A DNA stretch of 34,944 nucleotides. It comes from Chiloscyllium plagiosum. Taxonomy: Eukaryota. Below are positions 1 to 10,969 of this stretch, piece after piece (position 1 is the first letter of the stretch; each line of letters starts with the position of its first letter). The DNA is taken from positions 12,512,374 through 12,547,317 of the forward strand of contig NC_057752.1 in assembly GCF_004010195.1 (NCBI RefSeq), given 5' to 3'. A model generated the notes under the pieces. That model did no database searches and had not been told where the DNA came from. It worked only from the letters and a program-made list of their open reading frames with translations. Made by a program: the position numbers and the translations under genes.

Positions 1-665
1 CCTTTATTCAACTGTTACACCATTACATCCGATTTTGCCTTCTCCCTTTCTAACTCCAGACTGAACTCTATCATATTATGGTCGCTACTTCCTAAGGATT
101 CCCTTACTTTAAGATCTTTTTATAGAGTCTGGTTCATTGCAAAGCACTAGGTCCAGAATAGCCTGCTTTCTTGTGGGCTCCATGACAAGCTGTTCCAAAA
201 ATCCATCCTGTAAGCATTCCATGAATTCCCTTTCTTTGGATCCACTGGCAACATTATTTACCCAGTCCACCTGCATATTGAAGTCTCCCATGATCAATGT
301 AACCTTGTCTTTCTGACATGCCTTCTCTATTTCCCGGTACATGTTGTGTCCCTGGTCCTGACCACTGTTAGGAGGTCTATACACAACTCCAATTATGTTT
401 TTTTTTTTGCCTTTGTGGTTCCTCAATTCCACCCACACAGACTCTACATCATCCGACGCTATGTCATTCAATACCATAGATTTAATTTTGTTCTTAACTA
501 ACAAGGCAACCCCACCCCCTCTGCCCACCTCTCTGTCTTTTCGATAAGTTGAAAAACCATGGAGGTTTAACTGCCAGTCCTGACCCCCCTGTAACCAAGT
601 CTCTGTGATGCCTACTACATCATAATCATTCACTATTATCTGTGCCATTAGTTCATCGGCTTTGT
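1..665 (-). mobile_element. CR1/HER1-type LINE ORF2, APE endonuclease fragment
   Basis: ORF 109..648 has APE motifs VVGITETWL, GGGVALLVK, GVVYRPP, IMGDFN, AILDLVL. Confidence 0.92.
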
Positions 666-666
666 T

Positions 667-780
667 AATCGAATTCCGGATAATCGAATGCCGGATAACA
701 TAGTTATCGGGACCTCACGTTCTTGCCAGATAATCCGATATTCGGATAACCAAATGCTGAATAATCGAGTTTCCTCTGTA
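667..780. mobile_element. One end of a Tc1/mariner pogo/Tigger-like MITE
   Basis: Ends ...GAATAATCGAGTTTCCTCTG+TA (reverse complement TA CAGAGGAAACTCGATTATTC, pogo/Tigger-type TIR with TA target); internal GGATAA(T/C) subterminal repeats; other end missing where the LINE begins. Confidence 0.6.
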
Positions 781-1385
781 CATCCTCTCCCTACGAATCT
801 TCTCCAAACATTTCCCTCCCAGCGGCCGAAGGCTCAGAGGCGCATGATTTTCCTCTTAAACAAAGGAACAACATTAGCTATTTGCCAGTCCTCTGGCACC
901 TGAAAGAGGGTACAAAGATCTTGGGCAAGGTCCCAGCAGTTTCTTCCCTGAACATTCTGGGACAGCTCTCATCAGGAGCTGGGGACTCACTTACCTTAAT
1001 GCTTTTCAAAACACCCAACACCTCCTCCTTTTTTATATCAGCATGCCCTGGAGTGTCATCATACCCCTCTCTCGGCTCACCACTCCCTAAATCCTGCTTT
1101 TTTGTGAATATCAATGCAAAGTAATGACCTCACCCACTTCCTCCGGCTCCATGCATAAATTTCTTCCCTTACCTTTGAGTGGACCTATTCTTTCCCTAGC
1201 TACCCTCTTGCTCCTAACATATGAATAAAAAGCCTCGGGATTTTCCATAATCCTGTTTTTGAAAGGCACGTCAAGGCCCCTTTTAGCCTTCCTAATTCCT
1301 TGTTTGAGTTCTTTCTTGCTTTCTTCATATTCTTAGAGAGTTCTGTCTGTCTTCCCCTCTCACAAACTTTTTCTGCTTTCAACAA
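781..1385 (-). mobile_element. Decayed CR1-type LINE ORF2 fragment
   Basis: Frameshifted CR1 linker/RT-start peptides (EEVLGVLKSIKV..SPAPDESCPRM; NVVPLFK). Confidence 0.8.
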
Positions 1386-2016
1386 GTTGGCGTATGTTTA
1401 TAGAGAGGGGCTACTGGAGCACTGCGGGGAATGGAAATACATTTCCCTACATGTGCAGGAGGCTCAGCCAGCCCCTTGAACTTGCAAATATTTTCCATTT
1501 TAGATTATCCTTTGAAATGTGGTCAGAAAATTTAACTGAACCAAAGGTTGCAAGTACAAAAAGCAATCAGACGAGCAAACCCATGGAAGGGTTCAAACGT
1601 CAGATGACTAAAATGCTGTTTTAATTGCATGCAATTAACATAAAAATAAGGTTTGTGGAACCGGCCAAGACTTGTATGAGTGAAATATTGTCAAACTGCA
1701 AGATGTGAGCTCTGTCATTTGCTATGGTATGAATTACTGCACATTACAGCTGTGGAAGCGATTTGAAGAACTATGAGAGCGATCCAATGAATGATAAGAA
1801 AGTCCATTCCAAAGATGATCCCCTCCCTGATAGCGTTGTACCCTACCCTGGACTGCAGTACTTCAAGAAAGCAGCCCCCAAGGACAATTAGGGATGCACA
1901 ATAATTGTTGTAGCAGCCTGCGATGGCCAAAGCCCACGAATGAGTGGAAACAAAATGAGAAAGACTGACCGAGTAAATATAGAATATGGAAATGGTATGG
2001 GAAATTCACCAAAAAG

Positions 2017-2645
2017 AGGGCAGCACGGTGGCTCAGTGCTAGCACCGCTGTCTCACAGCGCCAGGGACACTGGTTCGATTCCCGGCAACTGCGTGGGGTT
2101 TGCACATTCTCTCAAAGGTCTGCGTGGGTTTCCTCTGAGTGCTCCAGCTTCCTCCCAATCCAAAGATGTGCAGGTTAGGGTGGATTGGCCGTGCTAAATT
2201 GTCCCATAGTGTTCAGGGATGTGCAGGTTAGGGTGGATTGGCCATGCTAAATTGTCCCATAGTGCCCAGGGATGTGCAGGTTAGGGTGGATTGGCCATGC
2301 TAAATTGTCCCATAGTGCCCAGGGATGTGCAGGTTAGGGTGGATTGGCCATGCTAAATTGTCCCATCGTGCCCAGGGATGTGCAGATTAGGGTTGATTGG
2401 CCATGCTAAATTGTCCCATAGTGTCCAGGGATGTGCAGGTTTAGGTGGATTGGCCATGCTAAATTGTCCCATAGTGCCAGGGATGTGCAGGTTAGGGTGG
2501 ATTGGCCATGCTAAATTGTCCCATCGTGTCCAGTGATGTGCATGGTGACAGAGATGGGGTGTGTCTGGGTGGGATACTCTTTGGAGGGTCGGTATGGACT
2601 TGAGGGGCTGAATTGCCTGTTTCCCACACTGTGGGGACTCTATGC
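2017..2645 (+). mobile_element. HE1-type V-SINE with expanded internal tandem region
   Basis: tRNA head (A box TGGCTCAGTG, B box GGTTCGATTCC), V-domain-like GTTTGCACATTCTC..CTGCGTGGGTTTCC, CR1-like tail CCTGTTTCCCACACTGT. Confidence 0.9.
2165..2534 (+). repeat. 7 x ~53-bp tandem unit inside HE1 SINE
   Basis: GATGTGCAGGTTAGGGTGGATTGGCCATGCTAAATTGTCCCATAGTGCCCAGG starting at 2165, 2218, 2271, 2324, 2377, 2430, 2482. Confidence 0.95.
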
Positions 2646-2869
2646 CATGAATGGTGGTGGGTAATTAAAGAACTTACTGGGGGCAGGAGGCTCCACAGAT
2701 ATCGTCATCGTCAATAAACGGGGGGAGCCCAGTAAACGATATGGCTGGAGCATTCACAACAATCTTCATCCAAGGGTGTCAAAAGGACGGTTCACATGGG
2801 CCTCCTCCAAATGGCCCTGCATCACAGCTGCCAGCTTTGGCCTCAACACAAAATAACGAACTTCGGTCG

Positions 2870-3257
2870 CTGAAGATCTGAAACGCAAAGGAAAGAAATT
2901 TCTGGAAGAAACTCGCCAGTTCTGGCAGCACTTGTGGAGGGAGAAAGCAGAGTGAATGGTTTCGAATCTAGTGAGCTTTCTTCAGTAGCGAGAAAAAAGA
3001 TGGCGTTGAGGCTGAAGACAGGCATTGGGAAAGCAGTGGGTGGATAGGTGGCGACAGAGCCCAGTGGGAGAGGAAGACAGTTAGCCAGCTCAATATTCCA
3101 GGCGAAAATGGGTACTGCAGATGCTGGAGATCAGAGTCAAGATTAGAGTGGAGCTGGAAAAGCACAGCAGGTCAGGCAGCATCCGAGGTGCAGGAAGATC
3201 AACATTTCGGGCAAAAGCCCTTCATCAGGAATGAGGCTGGGAGCCTTGGGGGTGGAG
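2870..3257 (-). mobile_element. Penelope-like element 3'/pLTR fragments with decayed hammerhead motifs
   Basis: Minus strand reads CTGATGAAGGGCTTTTGCCCGAAATGTTG (3228-3200) then GATGCTGCCTGACCTGCTGTGCTTTTCCAGC; a second CTGAAGA..GAAA remnant at 2985-2955. Confidence 0.75.
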
Positions 3258-4175
3258 NNNNNNNNNNNNNNNNNNNNNNNNNNNNNNNNNNNNNNNNNNN
3301 NNNNNNNNNNNNNNNNNNNNNNNNNNNNNNNNNNNNNNNNNNNNNNNNNNNNNNNNNNNNNNNNNNNNNNNNNNNNNNNNNNNNNNNNNNNNNNNNNNNN
3401 NNNNNNNNNNNNNNNNNNNNNNNNNNNNNNNNNNNNNNNNNNNNNNNNNNNNNNNNNNNNNNNNNNNNNNNNNNNNNNNNNNNNNNNNNNNNNNNNNNNN
3501 NNNNNNNNNNNNNNNNNNNNNNNNNNNNNNNNNNNNNNNNNNNNNNNNNNNNNNNNNNNNNNNNNNNNNNNNNNNNNNNNNNNNNNNNNNNNNNNNNNNN
3601 NNNNNNNNNNNNNNNNNNNNNNNNNNNNNNNNNNNNNNNNNNNNNNNNNNNNNNNNNNNNNNNNNNNNNNNNNNNNNNNNNNNNNNNNNNNNNNNNNNNN
3701 NNNNNNNNNNNNNNNNNNNNNNNNNNNNNNNNNNNNNNNNNNNNNNNNNNNNNNNNNNNNNNNNNNNNNNNNNNNNNNNNNNNNNNNNNNNNNNNNNNNN
3801 NNNNNNNNNNNNNNNNNNNNNNNNNNNNNNNNNNNNNNNNNNNNNNNNNNNNNNNNNNNNNNNNNNNNNNNNNNNNNNNNNNNNNNNNNNNNNNNNNNNN
3901 NNNNNNNNNNNNNNNNNNNNNNNNNNNNNNNNNNNNNNNNNNNNNNNNNNNNNNNNNNNNNNNNNNNNNNNNNNNNNNNNNNNNNNNNNNNNNNNNNNNN
4001 NNNNNNNNNNNNNNNNNNNNNNNNNNNNNNNNNNNNNNNNNNNNNNNNNNNNNNNNNNNNNNNNNNNNNNNNNNNNNNNNNNNNNNNNNNNNNNNNNNNN
4101 NNNNNNNNNNNNNNNNNNNNNNNNNNNNNNNNNNNNNNNNNNNNNNNNNNNNNNNNNNNNNNNNNNNNNNNNNNN
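3258..4175. other. Assembly gap (918 N)
   Basis: Run of N. Confidence 1.
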
Positions 4176-4355
4176 CTGGTACAATTGCAACATTTAAGAG
4201 GCATTTGGATGGGTATATGAATAGGAAGGGTTTGGAGGGATATGGGCCGGGTGCTGGCAGGTGGGACTAGATTGGGTTGGGATATCTGGTCGGCATGGAC
4301 GGGTTGGACCGAAGAGTCTGTTTCCGTGCTGTACGTCTCTATGACTGTATGACTC
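4176..4355 (+). mobile_element. CR1/HER1 LINE 3' end
   Basis: ORF2 C-terminus TIATFKRHLDGYMNRKGLEGYGP, 3'UTR ending CTCTATGACTGTATGACTC; near-identical to 13674-13845. Confidence 0.9.
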
Positions 4356-4661
4356 GGTAGTTGCAGGGGGTTTCAAATTTGCTAACATGAACTGGGATTG
4401 CCTTAGTGTGAAAGGATTAGACGGGGTGGAATTTTTAAAGTGCACCCAGGAGACATTTTTTTTTGCCAGATAGTCCTAGTCGATGAAGTGTCAACCTGGT
4501 GAAGCAACGTAGATAGTCCCAGGAGATGAGGAGGCAGTACTAAACCTAATCCTAGGGAATGAAGCCAGTCAAGTGATCGCTATTTCAGTGGGAGAGCATT
4601 TTGGAGATAGTGACATAACTCAAAGGGGACAGTGATGACACAGAAGCTAAATGTCTAAATT

Positions 4662-6030
4662 TGCAACTCAGCTTGCAGCCAGCTCTTGTTCAACCTCAGA
4701 AGGCTGCACAGGAAAACGCACGGTTAAGGAGAAAGGGGAAGGTATTGCGATAAAGCAGCTAGTACTTGCACCGACGTTAGCACAGCCTCACAATGTGATG
4801 TGCCACTCTCGGATTCGAAATCTGCTGATCTTTTCAGATGGAGGGTTTATTTTGGAGCTGCTTATTCTGGGGTGGGTCCCAGCCTGGTCTCTCGGCCGGT
4901 GTTGGTGAGTCCCGGCCTGGTCTCTCGCTGGCTCATTGTGGGTCCCGGCCTGGTCTCTCAGTGGCTCATGGTGGGTCCCAGCCTAGTCTCTCGGCGGCTC
5001 ATGGTGGGTCCTGGCCTGGTCTGTCAGTGGCTCATGGTGGGTCCCGGCCTGGTCTCTCAGTGGTTCATGGTGGGTCCCGGCCTGGTCTCTCGGCGGCTCA
5101 TAGCGAGTCCCGGCCTGGTCTCTTGGCGGCTCATGGTGGGTCCCAGCCTGGTCTCTCAGTGGCTCATGGTGGGTCCCGGCCTGGTCTCTCAGTGGCTCAT
5201 GGTGGGTCCCGGGCCTGGTCTGTCAGTGGCTCATGGTGGGTCCTGGCCTGGTCTGTCAGTGGCTCATGGTGGGTCCTGGCCTGGTCTCTCAGTGGCTCAT
5301 GGTGGTTCCTGGCCTGGTGTCTCAGTGGCTCATGGTGGGTCCCGGCCTGGTCTCTCAGTGGCTCATGGTGGATCCCGGCCTGGTCTCTCAGCGGCTCATC
5401 GTGGGTCCCAGCCTGGTCTCTCAGTGGCTCATGGTGGGTCCCAGCCTGGCCTCTCAGTGGCTCACGGTGGGTCCCGGCCTGGACTCTCGGCCAAGCTCAG
5501 CCTAGTCTCTTGGCGGCTCCCGGCCTTGTCTCTCGGTAGATACCGGCTTGGTCTCTCGCTGGCTCTCAGAGTGGTCTCTCGCTGAATGTGTGGGGGTTGG
5601 TCTCTCGGCAGCTTATGATGGTATCCTGGCTCAGCGTGTGAGTGGATTCTGCCTGGGCATGTTCCCAAGGTACCTGGGGAAATCGGAGAGGCAACCGTTC
5701 CAGCACCACCAGCGGTGTTGAGAACAGGCAGCTGAGACCTCCCCAGAGAGCGAGATAGGCGGAGGACCCATCAAAGACTGTTAAACCTTAAACGTATTCC
5801 TTTATTTTCCTAGCTTAAACTATTATAGACTTAAATATAAATGACTACATATTTCTTTACTTAAAGTTTTAACTCACTTTCTCTTACTACTTTATACCTA
5901 ATTTTTTTGTCCCTCAGTCCCTTGGTACCTAAGATGACGCCATGTGTGGTGACATTACACACCTTTCACTGCGCTTTTATACTAGAGTACACATGACAAT
6001 AAAATCTAAAATCGAAAAATCGAGAAAAAA
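4662..6030 (+). mobile_element. ~1.37-kb non-autonomous retroelement with Rex1/Babar-like 3' tail and internal minisatellite
   Basis: Interrupts the host CR1 at AAATT..AAATT; ends TTTCACTG..GTACACATGACAATAAAATCTAAAATC; no RT ORF; related fragment at ~22925-23150. Confidence 0.5.
4870..5490 (+). repeat. 33-bp GC-rich minisatellite (~18-19 copies)
   Basis: Unit GGCTCATGGTGGGTCCCGGCCTGGTCTCTCAGT; gives 11-aa periodic ORFs (WLMVGPGLVSQ). Confidence 0.95.
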
Positions 6031-6192
6031 AATTGAGGGAAGGCCAACTTCAATATCATTAAACAGGAGCTGCAAACGTAGACTAGCAGGTACTTGCAAG
6101 TTAGTCTACATTTGGAAAGTGAGAAACGTTTATAAGTAATATAATGAGAGTTCGGGGCAGCATGTTCCTCTAAGATTGAAGGGGAAGGATAG

Positions 6193-6839
6193 TGTTATCA
6201 TTGTAACCAGGCCAGTCAGGTGGATCTCATAGAATCTGAGGTCCTTGACTGGGGCTGTTAACCTGGTTCAATCTGGGAGCCCTGGCTGACAGATATAAAC
6301 AAAAGTGTTGCAGGGAGTGGAGTGCATTATTTCCCCCTCTAACTCTATTTTGATTTAATCCCTACCCTCCCCTTCACTGTTTTGATCACACAGCACTGCC
6401 CTTTGATGTGAAGGGCAGTGTTTGTCACAAAAAAAAACAAAAGTGTCGCAGGGAGTGGAGTGCATTATTTCCCCCTCTAACTCTATTTTGATTTAGTCCC
6501 TACCCTCCCCCTCACTGTTTTGATCACACAGCACTGCCCTTTGATGTGAAGGGCAGTGTTTGTCACTGGCCACCCGGGTGTTTGCCGATTGTGAAAGAAA
6601 AAATAACCAGAAGATTCCGCGGTTACGTTAGGGCCCGGGTTAAAAAAAAATAAACAAAAGTGTCCTTGCTGGGTTTTCTGGTGGTCTGTTTAATAAAATA
6701 TATAAACAAGAGTGTCAGAGGTTCTGTTCACTCTGAGAGCTGGCTCTGAGGGAGCTGGGTCAGCATCAAGGACTCTCCACTCTCCAACTAAAGTGTGACT
6801 TGGTGATGGGATACTGGCCTCTGTGGGGGTAGTGTTTCA
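6193..6839 (+). mobile_element. Probable solo LTR, interrupted at 6309-6700
   Basis: TGTTAT...TTTCA termini, TATA-like GATATAAAC, ~240 bp once the insert is removed; TSD unclear (GATAG/GGCAG). Confidence 0.5.
6309..6700 (+). mobile_element. Three stacked short poly(A)/A-rich-tailed inserts, two of them L1/Tx1-like 3' ends
   Basis: Reads QGVECIISPSNSILI* then 3'UTR hairpin CACTGCCCTT/AAGGGCAGTG; A9 tails at 6429 and 6642; each unit bounded by (T)AAACAA(A/G)AGTGT. Confidence 0.7.
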
Positions 6840-7610
6840 GGCAGCGACCCAAGGCTTGAGAAAGGAAAAGAAGGAAGTGTATCGAGCACTAAGATCAGGG
6901 GAGGTTCTTCAGGTGTATAAAGATGTTGGAGGGGTGGGGAGGGTGCTTAAAAAAGAAATGAGGGCAAAGAGGAGCTTTGCTAGTTGGATTCAGGAAAGCC
7001 CTAAGGCAGTTTTTATGGCTATTAAGAGAATTGAATACCAGGGGTAGGCTGCAACCTATTAGACACCCAAAGGTGCATGGAGCAAAAAGGTTTGGGGGAG
7101 GTTTGAAAGGAATATTTCTCATCTGCATTCATAAGGGAGGTAAACACTGTCATGACGGATTTCAGTTGGGAAGGTGAGGTTCGAGAACATGTTCAGATTA
7201 ATAAAGGGGAGGCATTAGATGTTATAGCAAGCATTCAAGTGCACAAATCCCCAGAGTTTGATGAGATGTATCCCAGGATGCTAGGGGAGCCAAGGGAGGA
7301 GATTGCTGGAGCTTTGGCGGAAATATTTAATAATTCTCTGGCCACAGGTGAAGTGCCGAATGACTGGAGGATAGCTAATGTGGTTCCTCTGCTCAGGAAG
7401 GGCAGCAGGGGTAGGCCAGGTAATCACAGAGCAGATAGTCTGACAGCAGGTTGGGGGGGGAGGGGGGAAGTTATTGGAAACAATTTTGATAGGGAGCTGA
7501 GGGGGAAATCGGATTGAGGTAGACAAAATTATTCGAGGTGTAGATTGTGAGAATCTTTTCCCCATAGTAGATGGGTCTAAATTTAAGGTGAGCAGTAGGT
7601 AGTTCAGAGG

Positions 7611-7930
7611 ATTAGATTAGATTAGATTACTTACTGTGTGGAAACAGGCCCTTCGGCCCAACAAGTCCACACCGCCCCGCCGAAGCGCAACCCACCCTTA
7701 CCCCCTACATTTACCCTTTACCTAACACTATGGGCAATTTAGCATGGCCAATTCACCTGACCTGCACATCTTTGGACTGTGGTAGGAAACCGGAGCACCT
7801 GGAGGAAACCCACGCAGACACGGGGAGAACGTGCAAACTCCACACAGTTAGTCGCCTGAGGCAGGAATTGAACCCAGGTCTCTGGCGCTGTGAGGCAGCA
7901 GTGCTAACCACTGTGCCACCGTGCCGCCCA
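7611..7930 (-). mobile_element. Full-length HE1 V-SINE
   Basis: Minus strand GGGCGGCACGGTGGCACAGTGG head, B box GGTTCAATTCC, V-domain, (TAATC)n tail. Confidence 0.95.
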
Positions 7931-8254
7931 CGGATCTGAAGCATTTTTATTTCCATCTAGAGTGGGTGGTGGAGGCAGGTTTAAGAAACATTTAAGAACA
8001 CAACATTTCACAACATTTAAGAAGCATCTGGAGAAGCACTTACAATGCCAAGGCATAGTCAACTATGGACCAAGTGCAGGCAAATGGGAATAGTGTAGCG
8101 TGGTGTTCCTTGGTTAGCATTGACATGGTGGGCCAAAGGGCCTGTTTTGTGCTGCATGACTCCAAGACTTGAGCCAATTCAATTCACCTCACGATATCGT
8201 GAAATGAGTGGACGCACTGCAAAGCCTTTGGGAATTGACAACATTCTGGCTGGA

Positions 8255-8615
8255 GAATCTTGGAATGTCTACTGTGTGGAAAGAGGCCATTTTCCCCATC
8301 TGGTTTGCCCCAACACTCCAAACAGCATCCCACTCAGACCCCCCACCTCACCTTATCCCCGTAACCCTGCATTGCCCATGGCTGATCCACCTAGCTGGAC
8401 ATGCCTGGACACAACAGGCAATTTAGCATGACCAATTCACCCTGACTCGCACATCTTTGGACTGTGGGAGGAAACCGGAGCACCCGGAGGAAACCCACGC
8501 AGACACGGGGAGAATGTGCAAACTCCACACAGTCAGTCGCCTGAGGCTAGAATCAAACCCGAAACCCTGGTGCTGTGAGGCAGAAGTGCTAGTCACTGAG
8601 CCAGTGTGCCACCCC
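8255..8615 (-). mobile_element. HE1 V-SINE
   Basis: Minus-strand tRNA head, V-domain GTGTGGAGTTTGCACATTCTCCCCGTGTCTGCGTGGG, CR1-like tail. Confidence 0.9.
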
Positions 8616-8886
8616 AAATCATGCCAACCCCAAATAGTACCGGCCTGCTGTAGTAATAAAGACTTGTGCTCCAGAATGTGCCGCTCCCCTAGCCAAGCTG
8701 TTCCAGTATAGTTACAACACTGGCATCGACCCGATAATGTGGAAAATTGCACAGGTATGTCCTGTACACAGAAAGCAGGACAAATCCAACGCGTCCAATT
8801 ACCGCCCTATCAGCCTACTCTCGATCATCAGGAAAGTGATGGAAGGTGTCACCAACAGTGCTATCAAGCAGCACCTGCTCAGCAAT

Positions 8887-10535
8887 AACATAGAATATAG
8901 AACAATACAGCGCAGAACAGGCCCTTCGGCCCTCGATGTTGCGCCGACCTGTGAACTATTCTCAGCTCGTCCCCCTACACTATTCCATCATTATCCATGT
9001 GCTTATCCAAGGATTGTTTAAATCTCCCTAATGTGGCNNNNNNNNNNNNNNNNNNNNNNNNNNNNNNNNNNNNNNNNNNNNNNNNNNNNNNNNNNNNNNN
9101 NNNNNNNNNNNNNNNNNNNNNNNNNNNNNNNNNNNNNNNNNNNNNNNNNNNNNNNNNNNNNNNNNNNNNNNNNNNNNNNNNNNNNNNNNNNNNNNNNNNN
9201 NNNNNNNNNNNNNNNNNNNNNNNNNNNNNNNNNNNNNNNNNNNNNNNNNNNNNNNNNNNNNNNNNNNNNNNNNNNNNNNNNNNNNNNNNNNNNNNNNNNN
9301 NNNNNNNNNNNNNNNNNNNNNNNNNNNNNNNNNNNNNNNNNNNNNNNNNNNNNNNNNNNNNNNNNNNNNNNNNNNNNNNNNNNNNNNNNNNNNNNNNNNN
9401 NNNNNNNNNNNNNNNNNNNNNNNNNNNNNNNNNNNNNNNNNNNNNNNNNNNNNNNNNNNNNNNNNNNNNNNNNNNNNNNNNNNNNNNNNNNNNNNNNNNN
9501 NNNNNNNNNNNNNNNNNNNNNNNNNNNNNNNNNNNNNNNNNNNNNNNNNNNNNNNNNNNNNNNNNNNNNNNNNNNNNNNNNNNNNNNNNNNNNNNNNNNN
9601 NNNNNNNNNNNNNNNNNNNNNNNNNNNNNNNNNNNNNNNNNNNNNNNNNNNNNNNNNNNNNNNNNNNNNNNNNNNNNNNNNNNNNNNNNNNNNNNNNNNN
9701 NNNNNNNNNNNNNNNNNNNNNNNNNNNNNNNNNNNNNNNNNNNNNNNNNNNNNNNNNNNNNNNNNNNNNNNNNNNNNNNNNNNNNNNNNNNNNNNNNNNN
9801 NNNNNNNNNNNNNNNNNNNNNNNNNNNNNNNNNNNNNNNNNNNNNNNNNNNNNNNNNNNNNNNNNNNNNNNNNNNNNNNNNNNNNNNNNNNNAATTACCT
9901 GGGTCATCTCTACTGCCCTTGTTGAACAAGGGCACAACATTTGCAATCCTCCAGTCCTCTGGTACTAAACCTGGAGACAATGACGACTCAAAGATCAAAG
10001 CCAAAGGCTCTGCTATCTCCTCCCTAGCTTCCCAGAGAATCCTCGGATAAATCCCATCCGGCCCAGGGGACTTGTCTATTTTCACTCCTTCTAGAATTGA
10101 TAGCACCTCTTCGTAACTGACCTGAATCCTTTCTAGTCTAATATCTCGTACCTCATTCCTCTCCTCTACAATATTCTCCTTTTCCTGAGTGAAAACCAAT
10201 GAGAAATGTTCATTTAGCACCTCTCCGATTTCCACAGGGTCCACACACAACTTCCCACTTCTGTCTTTGACTGACCCTATTCCTACCCTCGTCATCCTTT
10301 TATTCCTCACAGACCTATAGAAAGCTTTAGGGTTCTCCTTTATTCTACCTGCTAAAGACGGCTCATGTCCTCTCTTTCCTCTTCTTAACTGTCTCTTTAA
10401 ATCCTTCCTAGCTAATCTGTAACTCTCCATCACCTCATCTGCAACATCTCATCTCATCGTCACATAAGCCTCCTTCTTCCGCTTAACAAGAGATGCATTT
10501 TCAGTAGTAAACCACAGTTCCCTTACCTTATCACT
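8887..10535 (-). mobile_element. Young CR1/HER1 LINE (5'-truncated), spanning a gap
   Basis: Open ORF2 (IKENPKAFY, DKSPGPDGIYPRILWEAREEIAEPL, DWRIANVVPLF) and C-terminus/3' tail; splits the host LINE between AGCAATAAC and CTCAGTGACACC. Confidence 0.92.
9038..9892. other. Assembly gap (855 N)
   Basis: Run of N. Confidence 1.
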
Positions 10536-10840
10536 TCTCAGTGACACCCAGTTTGGGTCCCACCAGGGTCACTCAGCTCCTGACCTCATTACAGCCTTGG
10601 CTCAAACATGGACAAAAGAGCTGAACTCCAGAGGGGAGGGGAGAGGGACAGCCCTTGACATCAAGGCTGCATTCGACCGAGTGTAGCATCAAGGAGCCCT
10701 GGCAAACCTGGAATCAATGGGTATCGGGGGCAAACTCTCCGCTGGTTGGAGTCGTACCTGGCACATAGGAAAATGGTTGCGGTTGTTGGAGGTCAGTTAT
10801 CTCAGCTCCAGGACATCTCTGCAGGAGTTCCTCAGGGTAG

Positions 10841-10969
10841 ATATTTTCGAATCAACCTGTTCAGAGATGATATTATACACCTCTGGAGTAGGTGAGATTT
10901 GAACAGAGGCTGCCTGGGCCGGAGGTAAGCACGCTATCACTGGGCCACGGGACTCCCCCCCCCCCTCTA
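10841..10969 (-). mobile_element. Short (~130 bp) tRNA-derived SINE with 15-bp TSD
   Basis: TSD AGTTCCTCAGGGTAG at 10826-10840 and 10970-10984; minus-strand A box TGGCCCAGTGA and B box GTTCAAATC. Confidence 0.75.

Larger units (their letters stand above)
4356..8165 (+). mobile_element. Old fragmented CR1 LINE acting as host for nested insertions
   Basis: Collinear decayed ORF2 pieces at ~4356-4661, 6031-6192, 6840-7610 (KSPEFDEMYPRML, DWRIANVVPL) and 3' end 7930-8165. Confidence 0.75.

Noticed and set aside
2165..5490. Regular short repeats as a possible CRISPR array
   Set aside because: Units are head-to-tail with no unique spacers, there are no cas genes, and the DNA is vertebrate
4800..5585. 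261-aa and 233-aa ORFs with 11-aa periodicity
   Set aside because: By-product of a stop-free 33-bp minisatellite; a 1-nt insertion near 5211 swaps frames mid-array; no known protein similarity
7860..7930. tRNA-like A/B boxes here and at 2017, 19017, 23178
   Set aside because: Heads of HE1 SINEs followed by the V-domain; not functional tRNA genes
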